Source of the DNA: Candidatus Bathyarchaeota archaeon | GTDB taxonomy: Archaea > Thermoproteota > Bathyarchaeia > Bathyarchaeales > Bathycorpusculaceae | Direction of reading: 5' to 3' | Assembly (NCBI GenBank): GCA_963782525.1 | Contig: CAWAKC010000003.1 | Coordinates: 160,001-224,000, forward strand | Length of the DNA: 64,000 bases | In this document: positions 9,660 through 19,163 of the stretch, piece after piece | Position numbering within the stretch: position 1 is the first letter of the stretch | Layout: every line of letters begins with the position of its first letter | The notes under the pieces: generated by a model | The model's input: only the letters and a program-made list of their open reading frames with translations | Databases searched by the model: none | Told to the model about the DNA's origin: nothing | Translations under genes and position numbers: made by a program

Positions 9660-12500
9660 ATGAAAAAACTTAATAGTAAATCAATTGCAATCGCAGTAGT
9701 TATACTCTTAAGTCTATCAGCAATAATTGCAATTTCAAACAATACCGCAAAAGCAAACATAACTCCCTACAAAGGCGAAGTTTATCCAACATGGACATAC
9801 GTTTCGGTTGCACCATTAACTGAAGGCGTTGGCCAAACAGCAACCATACTTTGCTGGTGTAACTTCCTACCACCAACCGCCATCGGACAATACGGCGACC
9901 GCTGGACGTTCAACATCAACGTCATTAAACCAGATGGAACCAATGACACTATAGGTCCACTTGAATCTGATCCCGTGGGCGACGGATATTCAACCTACAC
10001 TCCAACAGAGACGGGAACATACACCTTCCAAGCTATTATGGAGCAACACGTAATTGACGGCGGCGCAAGCAGAGGATTAATCTCTCCCGGTGGAATCGGC
10101 TTTTGGCCATCAGGTTCGCCCTATGCCCTTAGCTATGGACCCTCAGGCCCTGTCTACCTTGATCCACGCGGCGACGTATTCCTATCCAGTGTAAGTCAAC
10201 CTCAAACCATGATCGTTCAGTCAGAACCAATTCCATCCTATGTAGAAACCCCCCTTCCTAGTGATTATTGGACTCGACCAGTATACGATGCTAACCGACT
10301 TTGGGGGCAATCAATTATGGGCGAATGGTTCAATGCAGCAGAACTTAATCAATTCGGCAACGGCGGCAGATATAACCCCTACACCACAGGACCAGCCAGC
10401 GCCCACATCCTATGGACATCACCATATTGGGATGGAGGAACAGCAGGCGGAGTTGCAGGTAATGGCAACGGAGGAAATGCTGTTAGCTACTACAGCGGGC
10501 AATCATACGAAGGCTACGGATCACAACCATACATGATTCTAAACGGTAAAGCATATGTAAGTGTACAAACTGACCCCCGAGAAGGCTTCTACGAATTAGA
10601 CTTAGCCACTGGAAAACAAGTTTACTATGCAAACTCAACGGGTTCCGTAACAGGCGCGGGAGGACCATTCGCAGGTTCAGGAAGCAGACCAGGCGGAATA
10701 CCAGCATTCGGCCAAATTCTTGATATGGAAACTCCTAATCAACATGGCACCCTTGGATACTATTGGGTTACAAGCACCAACGCTTCTAACAAATGGGATC
10801 TGTATGATGACTTCTCAAACAATTACATCTGCAGCATCGGTAACATACCAACATGGGCAACTGGTGCAGGTGGACTTTTCGCAGCGACAACTACCGTGAC
10901 CTCATACGGCAATGATGGAAGCATACTCAAATATCAAATCGCCAACTTGGGAAACGCAACTAACCCGAAACTGTACCTACAGTGCTGGAACACGACTCAA
11001 TCCATATTAGCTCCAAGCATGCTGTCAGATTTTGGCTACATACCAGTCACAGGACAGCCCGTTCCAACATCAGTCACTGGTTCAGGAAGCAACACCTACT
11101 GGATGTGGAGACCCCAAATGAATAACATATACGACGGAAGCCTCGGCTACTCGATGAACATCTCAATACCTAGTAGCATAGCTTACTCAGTTCCAGGCTT
11201 ATTTGGTGCAAGCGGTGACATCCAACAGATTATTCCAGACAAAGAAATGATCGGCATCTACCCTGGATCCAACAATGGCACAGTATCGGTGCCTGGTCAA
11301 GTTTGGGCTCTTAGCCTAAAAGCTGGTTCAGAGGGACAAGTGCTCTATCAATACAACTTTACTGCTCCAGCCGGTTTAGGTGATGCAGCAGCCCAATCGC
11401 AACAATTCTTTGCTCATGACACAGCATTCGGAGGAATGGACGCAAACGCGAGTATTTTCTGGTATCAGAACTCGATGCTACGACAATGGTACGTACTAAG
11501 TCTGGCTGATGGTCACGCAATGTGGACAAGCTCGCAACAACCGCAGTTTGAATTCGAAGGAATGGGCACTGTAGTCGTCTATGACAACCAATTCATCGAC
11601 ACCGGCGGATACGGTGGAGTAGTAACATCCTGGAACGCACAAACAGGCGATTTCCTATGGAACTGGTCAGCTCCTATCGTAGGACAAGGCGAAACACCCT
11701 ACCAGAACACACCAACATACTTCGGCGCGCTTTCAGGCGACGGAATAATGTACATCTACTCAAACGAGCACTCAGTCAACAACCCAATAAGACGCGACGC
11801 AATGATCTGGGCACTAAACGCTACCACAGGAAAAGAAATTTGGGAAGAAACCTGTTGGCCAAGCGGTGCACCAATTCTTGGCGACGGTGACCTTTTAGTT
11901 CTCGATGACCATGACAACCAAATCTACAATTACGGCAAAGGACCCAGCGCAACCACGGTACAGACACCGCTGAGCGGTATAACACAAGGACAAACCTTCA
12001 TGATCCAAGGAACAGTAATGGACACGTCCCCTGGAACTACTCAATCTAGTATAGCTTTACGATTCCCCAACGGTGTTTCAGCAGTCTCTGACGCAACCGA
12101 AAATGCATGGATGGAATACGTCTATCACCAAGCAGCAATGCCTACTAACGGAACAGGCGTTTCAGTTGACATCACTCTAATCGACCCTAACGGAAACATC
12201 GTGAACTTACCCTCTGCGACAAGTGATACGAGCGGCCACTATCAGCTACCTTATGATTCTAGCAGTGTACCCGGAGAATACAAAGTCATAGCAACATTCC
12301 ATGGCTCTAACTCTAACTATCCCTCCTACTCAGAATCGAGCTTTTACGTTAACTCTGCACCTTCAGCAACCAATGCACCCACACCAACTCCTTCATCAGC
12401 TGCTGACATGTACTTTGTTCCCGCAATCGCTGGACTATTCGTTCTCATCATTATCGTCCTCATCGTAGTAGTGCTGCTAATGGTAAGAAAACGACCGTAA
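9660..12500 (+). CDS. PQQ-binding-like beta-propeller cell-surface protein
   Basis: Signal peptide, repeated xNAxTGxxxW motifs, PT linker, C-terminal TM + RKRP. Confidence 0.9.
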   Translation: MKKLNSKSIAIAVVILLSLSAIIAISNNTAKANITPYKGEVYPTWTYVSVAPLTEGVGQTATILCWCNFLPPTAIGQYGDRWTFNINVIKPDGTNDTIGPLESDPVGDGYSTYTPTETGTYTFQAIMEQHVIDGGASRGLISPGGIGFWPSGSPYALSYGPSGPVYLDPRGDVFLSSVSQPQTMIVQSEPIPSYVETPLPSDYWTRPVYDANRLWGQSIMGEWFNAAELNQFGNGGRYNPYTTGPASAHILWTSPYWDGGTAGGVAGNGNGGNAVSYYSGQSYEGYGSQPYMILNGKAYVSVQTDPREGFYELDLATGKQVYYANSTGSVTGAGGPFAGSGSRPGGIPAFGQILDMETPNQHGTLGYYWVTSTNASNKWDLYDDFSNNYICSIGNIPTWATGAGGLFAATTTVTSYGNDGSILKYQIANLGNATNPKLYLQCWNTTQSILAPSMLSDFGYIPVTGQPVPTSVTGSGSNTYWMWRPQMNNIYDGSLGYSMNISIPSSIAYSVPGLFGASGDIQQIIPDKEMIGIYPGSNNGTVSVPGQVWALSLKAGSEGQVLYQYNFTAPAGLGDAAAQSQQFFAHDTAFGGMDANASIFWYQNSMLRQWYVLSLADGHAMWTSSQQPQFEFEGMGTVVVYDNQFIDTGGYGGVVTSWNAQTGDFLWNWSAPIVGQGETPYQNTPTYFGALSGDGIMYIYSNEHSVNNPIRRDAMIWALNATTGKEIWEETCWPSGAPILGDGDLLVLDDHDNQIYNYGKGPSATTVQTPLSGITQGQTFMIQGTVMDTSPGTTQSSIALRFPNGVSAVSDATENAWMEYVYHQAAMPTNGTGVSVDITLIDPNGNIVNLPSATSDTSGHYQLPYDSSSVPGEYKVIATFHGSNSNYPSYSESSFYVNSAPSATNAPTPTPSSAADMYFVPAIAGLFVLIIIVLIVVVLLMVRKRP

Positions 12501-12624
12501 ATAAAGAAACCAAACAAATATCTCTCTTCTTTTTTTATTTTAAGAACTTCAGAATCTTTTTTTGGTAGAAGTTTATGTGCTATCGAATTAGCTTTTTTTG
12601 TATTTTTTGTAAAAGTTTAAGAGC

Positions 12625-12638
12625 ATGACACGTGTCAT
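12625..12638. promoter_or_regulatory. Perfect 14-bp palindrome, candidate repressor operator
   Basis: ATGACACGTGTCAT just downstream of TATA-like TTTAAGA, before the 12671 gene. Confidence 0.45.
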
Positions 12639-12670
12639 ATGAGATTATTAAGTCCAGATGAAGGAATAGA

Positions 12671-13465
12671 ATGAAAAATAAACTTCAAACCTGCATTCTA
12701 CTACTAATTTTTGGGTTATCGCTAATAACATCCGTAGGAAAAGTTTCAGCAAACACTGAATGGAATTTAACAGTAACAAACTTGGCAGGCAGCGCGACAA
12801 ATTATAGTTTAGATCAACTCTTGGCAATGCCCGTAACTAATGTAAGTGCCTCCCTTTTATGTTATGGCAATATAGTAACCTATGGCATTTGGAGTGGCGT
12901 AAGCCTAAGCTATTTGCTTCAGCAAGCTGGAGTAGACTCAACTGTTGCTTCAATTGATTTTCTAGCTCAAGATGGATATGCAGTAAGCATACCATTACAG
13001 GTAGCTGCCCAACCAAACGTTATCATAGCCTACGAGAAGAATGGTTCGCCGCTTACTGAAGAGCTACGTCTGGTACTTCCAGATGAAAACGGTGCAATGT
13101 GGATAGCATTGATTACTTCAATAAAGATGGACACAGCTATTATCAATTTGAACCAATATTTAGCGTCAACCGCTCCAGGAACAAACATAGTGCCCCAAAT
13201 GAAATCAAGCGGGCAATCTGTACAACCGCAACAAACACCCGTCCCAACCCAACCTACAACCCTACCCAAAAACGAAGCAAACGTAACTCCGACTCCATCC
13301 CCAACAAATATTACGCTACCAACCCAAAACACAAATTCCCTGCCAAGCTCAAGCACTAATACAGTTATGGCGATTTACGTAATTGCACCCGGAGGAATTA
13401 TTGCCTCTGTAGCTTTGGGCTTTTTGATTTACAGTCGTAGACGCATTAAGCAAGCAGCAGAATAG
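12671..13465 (+). CDS. Secreted, anchored molybdopterin-oxidoreductase-like (sulfite oxidase fold) protein
   Basis: LLCYG...WSGVSL...DGYAVSIP...IIAYEKNG...LRLVLP; PT linker and TM. Confidence 0.8.
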   Translation: MKNKLQTCILLLIFGLSLITSVGKVSANTEWNLTVTNLAGSATNYSLDQLLAMPVTNVSASLLCYGNIVTYGIWSGVSLSYLLQQAGVDSTVASIDFLAQDGYAVSIPLQVAAQPNVIIAYEKNGSPLTEELRLVLPDENGAMWIALITSIKMDTAIINLNQYLASTAPGTNIVPQMKSSGQSVQPQQTPVPTQPTTLPKNEANVTPTPSPTNITLPTQNTNSLPSSSTNTVMAIYVIAPGGIIASVALGFLIYSRRRIKQAAE

Positions 13466-13550
13466 TAAAAAAAACTGCAAAGCCAGCTACATAAAATTCT
13501 ATAGAACATTAATTAGTCGTTTCAACCATTATGTATCTTGAGGAATTTTT

Positions 13551-14390
13551 GTGGCGACACCTCAAGAAGAAATAAAACGAAAGTTGCCATGCATCGTCGA
13601 CATCGCCTATGAACAATACAAACGTGAATTGCCGCTTTATCGAATGGCAAACGAACTGATGAGCCAAGATGTCATAACTATAACTCCAGAAGCTTCGCTT
13701 GATGATGCTGCTCGCATAATGGGTGAGAAGCATATCGGAAGCCTGATTGTTGAGAAATACAAGACGCCGGTGGCGATTGTTACGGAGCGGGATTTACTAA
13801 GCAAGGTTTTGGCGTATGGATTATTCTTGAAAGATGAAAAAGTCGAGAACGTAATGTCGTATCCGTTGGCTGGCGTTTCTGAATCAGCTAAGATAAAAGA
13901 AGTTGCTAAGCAGATGATTGCTAAAAAAAGTAGGCTTGTCGTGTTTGATGCTGGAACACTCGTAGGTATCGTGACTGCTTCTGACTTAATTAAAAGTTTA
14001 CCTGATGTTGCAGAAACGGAAATTAAAGTTGATGAATTCATGACCAAAGAAGTCGTTTATGCTGACCAAGAAACATCGGTACTTAACATCGCTAAAACTA
14101 TGGGTAGCCATCGCATAGGCAGCGTAATAATTACACGAGAAAAAGAGCCATTTGGGATTTTTACTGAACGCGACTTGCTCACGAATTTTTTAGCAAAAGG
14201 CAAGGCGTTGTTTACAGATGTGGGACCTGAATGTTCACAGCCTATCATTGCTATTCCAGCTGGTACAAGTGTTCATAGGGCTGCGGCTACGATGGCTTTA
14301 GAGCATATTAGAAGATTACCGGTTGTGAAGGATGAAAAAATCGTAGGAATTATTACTGCGAGAGACCTTATTGAGGCATATGCAAAATAA
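13551..14390 (+). CDS. Four-CBS-domain protein
   Basis: Four GIVT/GIFT-xxDL CBS motifs. Confidence 0.9.
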   Translation: MATPQEEIKRKLPCIVDIAYEQYKRELPLYRMANELMSQDVITITPEASLDDAARIMGEKHIGSLIVEKYKTPVAIVTERDLLSKVLAYGLFLKDEKVENVMSYPLAGVSESAKIKEVAKQMIAKKSRLVVFDAGTLVGIVTASDLIKSLPDVAETEIKVDEFMTKEVVYADQETSVLNIAKTMGSHRIGSVIITREKEPFGIFTERDLLTNFLAKGKALFTDVGPECSQPIIAIPAGTSVHRAAATMALEHIRRLPVVKDEKIVGIITARDLIEAYAK

Positions 14391-14496
14391 TTTCTCTTTT
14401 TTTTTATTAAAAATAGCTCATAATTAAATAACATGGATGTTTCCAAAAAAAAGTGGAGTTTTACGGTTTTCCGTATTTATTTGTCATCCACTTAAG

Positions 14497-14725
14497 TTGC
14501 AAGTCAGGTCTGAGCCTTATTGTTGATTACGGCCCATCTAAGCAGTCTTTGTCGCTGCAGATTCTTGCGCCGTTTTGAACCTGCTACTTAAGCTTAGATG
14601 CTTCAACACTATGCATGTTTAGCCCACGGAGGCAAAGTCTTGATCGCGAGCTGATTTTACGCTGTTTCAATTAGCCCGCTTCCGTGCCTCAGTGCATTGC
14701 AGCTAAAGCTTGCTCCCTGACTTGT
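14497..14725 (-). ncRNA. Unknown ~230-nt structured RNA with two homologous domains
   Basis: Closing stem CAAGUCAGG/CCUGACUUG, two internal multi-stem arms with repeated loop and bulge motifs, BRE-TATA 31 nt upstream of the stem start. Confidence 0.7.
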
Positions 14726-14966
14726 AAATTTAATTTAGTTCTTTCTTTTTAATAAATTTTGTGACTTTTATAGTGCAAAATTAGACATATTTGCACCATT
14801 TGAAACATAAAGATGCGGCAAAAACAGAAGCAAAAAACCCTTTAATTAAAAGCAGCAACTTTGGGTTCTTCAGTTAGTCAACAGATAACCTTTATAGTAA
14901 GCTTCACGTTTCACAAGCATGCAAAACAATTTGCAAATTAAGTAGTAAAAGGAAGTGAAAATAGAA

Positions 14967-15110
14967 ATGTCATATGGCAACAAAGAGATGCATAAGGCAA
15001 CCTGCGCAGACTGCGGAAAAGAATGTGATGTTCCATTCAAACCAGACGGTAGCAGGCCAGTTTACTGCCGAGAATGCTACGCAAAACGAAGACCACCACG
15101 AAGATATTAA
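14967..15110 (+). CDS. CxxC-x17-CxxC domain small protein (missed by ORF track)
   Basis: MSYGNKEMHKATCADCGKECDVPFKPDGSRPVYCRECYAKRRPPRRY. Confidence 0.92.
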   Translation: MSYGNKEMHKATCADCGKECDVPFKPDGSRPVYCRECYAKRRPPRRY

Positions 15111-15272
15111 GCTTTTAAGCTAACATCTTACTCGTTTACAATATCCTTTTTCTTTTTTAATTTTTTGGGTCCTTTGGGCTTAAAAATTTGCTTTTAACTT
15201 AGAGCTTTTTGAGGTTATTCCCGCATTTGTAAGGGACAAAACTATTATGCTGATAATAACAATGTTGTAGTT

Positions 15273-15337
15273 AAGTGGGCGGGAGGCATAGAAAAGCACC
15301 TTTGCCCAATCGTGCATCCCCTGCTTCCCGCTCATTT
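15273..15337 (+). ncRNA. Candidate small GC-rich hairpin RNA
   Basis: 16-bp stem AAGUGGGCGGGAGGCA/UGCUUCCCGCUCAUUU with three G-U pairs, inner GCAC/GUGC stem, TATA-like element ~30 nt upstream. Confidence 0.5.
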
Positions 15338-15804
15338 GCCTCAATTTCTTGGTTGTTTCTTGCCACCAAAATATGTTTAAGAAGACAAATGCATTTCTGA
15401 GGTTAGGTTTTATTTTTAAAGTTTTTAATCATATAGGTAAAGGAATCGATCACGGCGGGTCCAATGGACCCAACCTATTTCGTCATGTCCTCTGAAAAAA
15501 TAATTTTGCCAAGCATCGAAATGGTAAAAGACTGGGAAGAATTGAGGGTCATCGTAGGCGGACTATACGCAGGGTCAAAGAGCCGGTGTTATGATTATTG
15601 AGCTGCCTCAGGTGAGAAACTGAGCAGTTGGATGCAACGTTTGCCCTTCTAGCCTTAAAATACTTGGAAGTAATTCCGCTTAATCATTCCAATCAGCTAT
15701 TGAAGGCGTGAAAGGGCAAATCGTCAATGCAAAGAAAATGATGGAAATTTCTGCTCCCAAACCAAAATGCGAGCATACGCAATTTAGCTCAAGGCAGAAA
15801 TTGC

Positions 15805-16335
15805 TTAGATTTGCAAATCTGCCATTTCAACTACTCTTCGAAGAAGCCTAGACCTTGTTTCAGCATGAACCTTCTTATCAGTAACTGGAAGATCAAGGTC
15901 TTTGGCTGTTAAAGCCAAAATTTTTTGCACCAGAATTTGAGTTGCTTTCGTGATTTCTTCCATATTTAACGTTTTTTCTTCGGATATCCCGATGCAACAA
16001 AGTGAGAAAGGAAAGTTCATTTCTAACTCTATCCGATTGTTTTGATAATCATAATCCATTATGGTGAATGGCTCCATCCTGCAGGCTGCCGGACGAACCT
16101 CATAAATGGCGCATTTGCTGTCCTTGGTGAGGAAAAAACAGCTATCATCCTTTTTTCTACGAATCCACATAATTCCCGTTTCATCTGGCGGAGCTAAGAA
16201 ATCTTTAAATCCTTTTGCTTCTATGACCTTTCGCTCATTTTTGTCGACGTCTGGCGGTTGCATTCGGCAGCAGACGCCGCAGTTTTTACATTTGAAGCCT
16301 AAAGAATCGGGAAAGATCACTTTTGGGGGGTTCAA
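15805..16335 (-). CDS. YkgJ-family CxxCxxCC cysteine-cluster protein
   Basis: CKNCGVCC...CFFL...CAIYEVRPAACRMEP. Confidence 0.9.
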   Translation of the reverse strand: MNPPKVIFPDSLGFKCKNCGVCCRMQPPDVDKNERKVIEAKGFKDFLAPPDETGIMWIRRKKDDSCFFLTKDSKCAIYEVRPAACRMEPFTIMDYDYQNNRIELEMNFPFSLCCIGISEEKTLNMEEITKATQILVQKILALTAKDLDLPVTDKKVHAETRSRLLRRVVEMADLQI

Positions 16336-16555
16336 GGTAAGGGTGAAGTATCAAATTAGCTTAATTTAGATTGTGCGGTGAAAAAACAAATCCTGTAACG
16401 ATTATTGGAAATTGGCACCGAAAGAAAGAAATGGAAGAGTTTCTAAAACAGGAAATGACTAAAACATAATGGCAAAAACGGGCAACACTTAACAATTATA
16501 AATAGCTAAAGCTGTGATTTAACAAACGTACGGTGACATTTATGCCATCAATCTG

Positions 16556-17062
16556 CTAGTAAAGTGAGGCTACTATTGCTGTTACGGTTCCTTGAATGTG
16601 TGGAACTTTTTCTTGTATTTGAGAAATAAGCTGTTTTAGGTCTTCCTTACCGCTTGCTTTCACCGCAACTATTACATCGTTGGGTCCAAAAACAGTGTCA
16701 GACGACAACACCTGGGGAATAGCGTGAAGTTTGTTTTGAACCTCCTCGAGATTTCTTGGTTGAGTATTTAAAAACAAGAATGCATATGGTTCTTCTGTGA
16801 AAGGTTTCCCTTCGGAGATCACTATTAGGGTTTGTGTTCTTTCAATCATCGATTCTTGTGGCATTATGTTTCTTATAGGATTAAACCATTTGGCGATGAA
16901 TTCGTCGAGGCTTTTTAAGCCGTTGAATTGGATAAGGATGTCGATGGGTCCAAAGAGCAAAAAGACATCTTTTTTGGAAAGGTTCAGTTTTATCAGTTCA
17001 TCTAAGACTCGATTGAAAGCGCCTACTTTACAGGATAATCCCATATAAGCTTTCATAATCAA
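16556..17062 (-). CDS. Tandem Lrp/AsnC ligand-binding domain protein
   Basis: Two FGPxD RAM repeats; no HTH. Confidence 0.75.
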   Translation of the reverse strand: MIMKAYMGLSCKVGAFNRVLDELIKLNLSKKDVFLLFGPIDILIQFNGLKSLDEFIAKWFNPIRNIMPQESMIERTQTLIVISEGKPFTEEPYAFLFLNTQPRNLEEVQNKLHAIPQVLSSDTVFGPNDVIVAVKASGKEDLKQLISQIQEKVPHIQGTVTAIVASLY

Positions 17063-17240
17063 TCAAGAATTAATGGTGATTGCGGCTTGATAAATATAGC
17101 GAAATTAAAAGAAATCTCCTTCTAATCGAGGCAATTTATGGTGGACTTCTAATTAAACTGACTAAAATGCCTTCTTACCCCTAATTTTCGTGCTTTAAAA
17201 CATTTTTTAAAGACCGTGACGTTAGATAAAAACGAATGAT

Positions 17241-17444
17241 ATGCCTGCAAAAAAAAGTTTTAACCCTGAAAAAGTAAATCAAAGAAAGAGAACCGTTGGC
17301 ATAATTGCAATAACTCTCCTTTTGGTTATCACTGGTTTAGCCATTTTGCTGCATATTTCGTTCCTTGTGTGGGTAGTAGCAGATTTGGTTGTGGCTGGCG
17401 TAGCTAATTTGCTGTTAAGAAGAGTTGGAAGAACCCCGCTATAG
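17241..17444 (+). CDS. Small two-TM membrane protein
   Basis: Basic N-terminus and two hydrophobic helices. Confidence 0.6.
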   Translation: MPAKKSFNPEKVNQRKRTVGIIAITLLLVITGLAILLHISFLVWVVADLVVAGVANLLLRRVGRTPL

Positions 17445-17447
17445 CTT

Positions 17448-18137
17448 TTACCAGACGTAAGGGATCAAGCGGTACTTGACTTTCTGGCGATATTCGCTGT
17501 ATCCCGCCAATTGTTGGGCAAGGAAATTTTCTTCTTCGTTGAGTCGTATAGCAATTGACAGCAAGATAGGTGGGAACGCAAGCAATCCCCAAAACGAACC
17601 CAGTGCAAGGGGAATGAACAGCAACATTACCAAGGCACCTGAATACATTGGATGCCGAACAATGCTATATGGACCCGTAGACACTACTTTCTGTCCCTCG
17701 TTTACTTCTACGAGGACTGAAGTGTAACTGTTCGCTTTGAAAACCAAAAAAATAACAAATAACCCAAGCACAACAAAGCCGTCTGCCAAAAGACTTAGGT
17801 ACGCTGGGACAGTGGACCATTGAAAATGATGGTCAATCGATGGAACCAAAAGCAGCAGAAGGAAAAAGACAGTTATGATTGCTTGAGTGATTTTTTGGTT
17901 GGCTTGCTGTTCAGCGGTTGGACCCACCTTCAACCTGCTTGCGATAAGGGTGAGGTCTTTTTTGAGGAAAAAAGCACTGATAACTGATATGCAACCGACA
18001 AATACAAGCCAAAATACCCATGCTTGCCAATAATTCAAAGTCCCCGCAGGCACAAACAACGCCAACCACAGGAAAAATGTTAAAGCCGTTAAGCCCAGGA
18101 TTGCTTGTTTGGTTATGCTGAGCGAAGGTTTGTTCAA
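17448..18137 (-). CDS. Isoprenylcysteine carboxylmethyltransferase/PEMT family protein
   Basis: TGPYSIVRHPMYSG and EEENFL...YRQKVKYRLIP. Confidence 0.9.
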   Translation of the reverse strand: MNKPSLSITKQAILGLTALTFFLWLALFVPAGTLNYWQAWVFWLVFVGCISVISAFFLKKDLTLIASRLKVGPTAEQQANQKITQAIITVFFLLLLLVPSIDHHFQWSTVPAYLSLLADGFVVLGLFVIFLVFKANSYTSVLVEVNEGQKVVSTGPYSIVRHPMYSGALVMLLFIPLALGSFWGLLAFPPILLSIAIRLNEEENFLAQQLAGYSEYRQKVKYRLIPYVW

Positions 18138-18322
18138 AGTGGTCTTGTTTATTTGTTCATTCGAGCTTAAATATGCTACCTGAGAGAGGCATAGCGATAA
18201 TAAAATTTGATTAAAACCTTAAAGCATAATTGGCTAACCAGTTCCAACGATCAACGATTAACTTATCATTAAACTGTAAAACTTATTCAAATTATTCTGA
18301 GCCAACGAACAATTTTCATACA

Positions 18323-18631
18323 TTACCGGTATTTCGGTCGCTTAGATTCTCGAACCCAAAAATCAGGATCATCTGGCTGAATAATCTGAACCTCACAAAT
18401 GTTTGCGGGATTGGTTATTACTGCACGGAACTTTGGAGGGCAGTTGGGATCCGCAAGAAACGCCATCCTCGATGCTTCTAATGTTTCAGCGATGCGTTCA
18501 GTTTTCTTGTTTGGGTAACCTCGGTACTTGATGCTTTTTCCTTCAGTTATGGCTTTGTCGAACGTTGCTTTGTCGCATTGGATTAGTTTCTCGCCTTCTC
18601 TAATAAACCAGAATGCAGTAATGGTGGGCAT
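18323..18631 (-). CDS. Hypothetical protein
   Basis: 102-aa ORF with protein-like composition; no motif recognised. Confidence 0.5.
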   Translation of the reverse strand: MPTITAFWFIREGEKLIQCDKATFDKAITEGKSIKYRGYPNKKTERIAETLEASRMAFLADPNCPPKFRAVITNPANICEVQIIQPDDPDFWVRESKRPKYR

Positions 18632-18819
18632 GGATATCGTATCAATAACGCCTCTCGATTCCTAATTAACATTGTCCAACCAACTCGGTTTGGCGCCTCA
18701 GAACATATTTGGTTAAAGTCATCTAGGAAATTTTTGGTCTCCAATACTTTCGTGCAATTGTCATCATAGGTGGGAGAGTTCAAGTTAACCTAATCACTTT
18801 ATACTTAAAAAGAAATGTT

Positions 18820-18900
18820 GTGCCTCCGAATTCGTATAACTGACATCATTTTTGGGACTACCAATCCCTCTCAGACTGACGTGTTATTCATCATAGGCAT
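18820..18900 (-). ncRNA. Box C/D guide sRNA
   Basis: C box AUGAUGA (18894-18888), D' CUGA, GGGAU/GUCCC hairpin, C' AUGAUGU, variant D CGGA, terminal UGCC/GGCA stem; TATA upstream and U-tract downstream. Confidence 0.72.
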
Positions 18901-19013
18901 CCACTAATACGCGGTTGTCAGATAAAAAATAGTCCGTTGCCCAAAATTTATTCGTATTAAAATAGAAAAAAATAAAAAACTGAAAGGGAAAGCAAAACAC
19001 CGTTTAGACTAAA

Positions 19014-19106
19014 TTAACTAGTCTGTGTTTTGCTCTGCTTTGCCTTTTTTGCTTTTCGTTTCTCGTCGCGTTCTTTTTTAGTTAACGGTTTTTCTTTTTT
19101 CGGCAT
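19014..19106 (-). CDS. 30-aa highly basic micropeptide
   Basis: MPKKEKPLTKKERDEKRKAKKAKQSKTQTS; GGAG SD upstream. Confidence 0.5.
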   Translation of the reverse strand: MPKKEKPLTKKERDEKRKAKKAKQSKTQTS

Positions 19107-19163
19107 CGGGTTTTACTCCGAGAATAACCTTATAGCGATTACTGCTTTAATAACTTTTCAAAA

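Noticed and set aside
14497-14725. SRP RNA, RNase P RNA, T-box or H/ACA identity for the structured RNA
   Set aside because: Lacks the SRP helix-8 motif and RNase P GAGGAAAGUCC; bulge/loop order is reversed relative to T-box stem I and no gene follows; ACA spacing does not fit H/ACA
15273-15660. SECIS element with a UGA-containing ORF at ~15486
   Set aside because: GAA/A resemblance is loose and the ORF has no selenoprotein motif; it looks like a decayed gene
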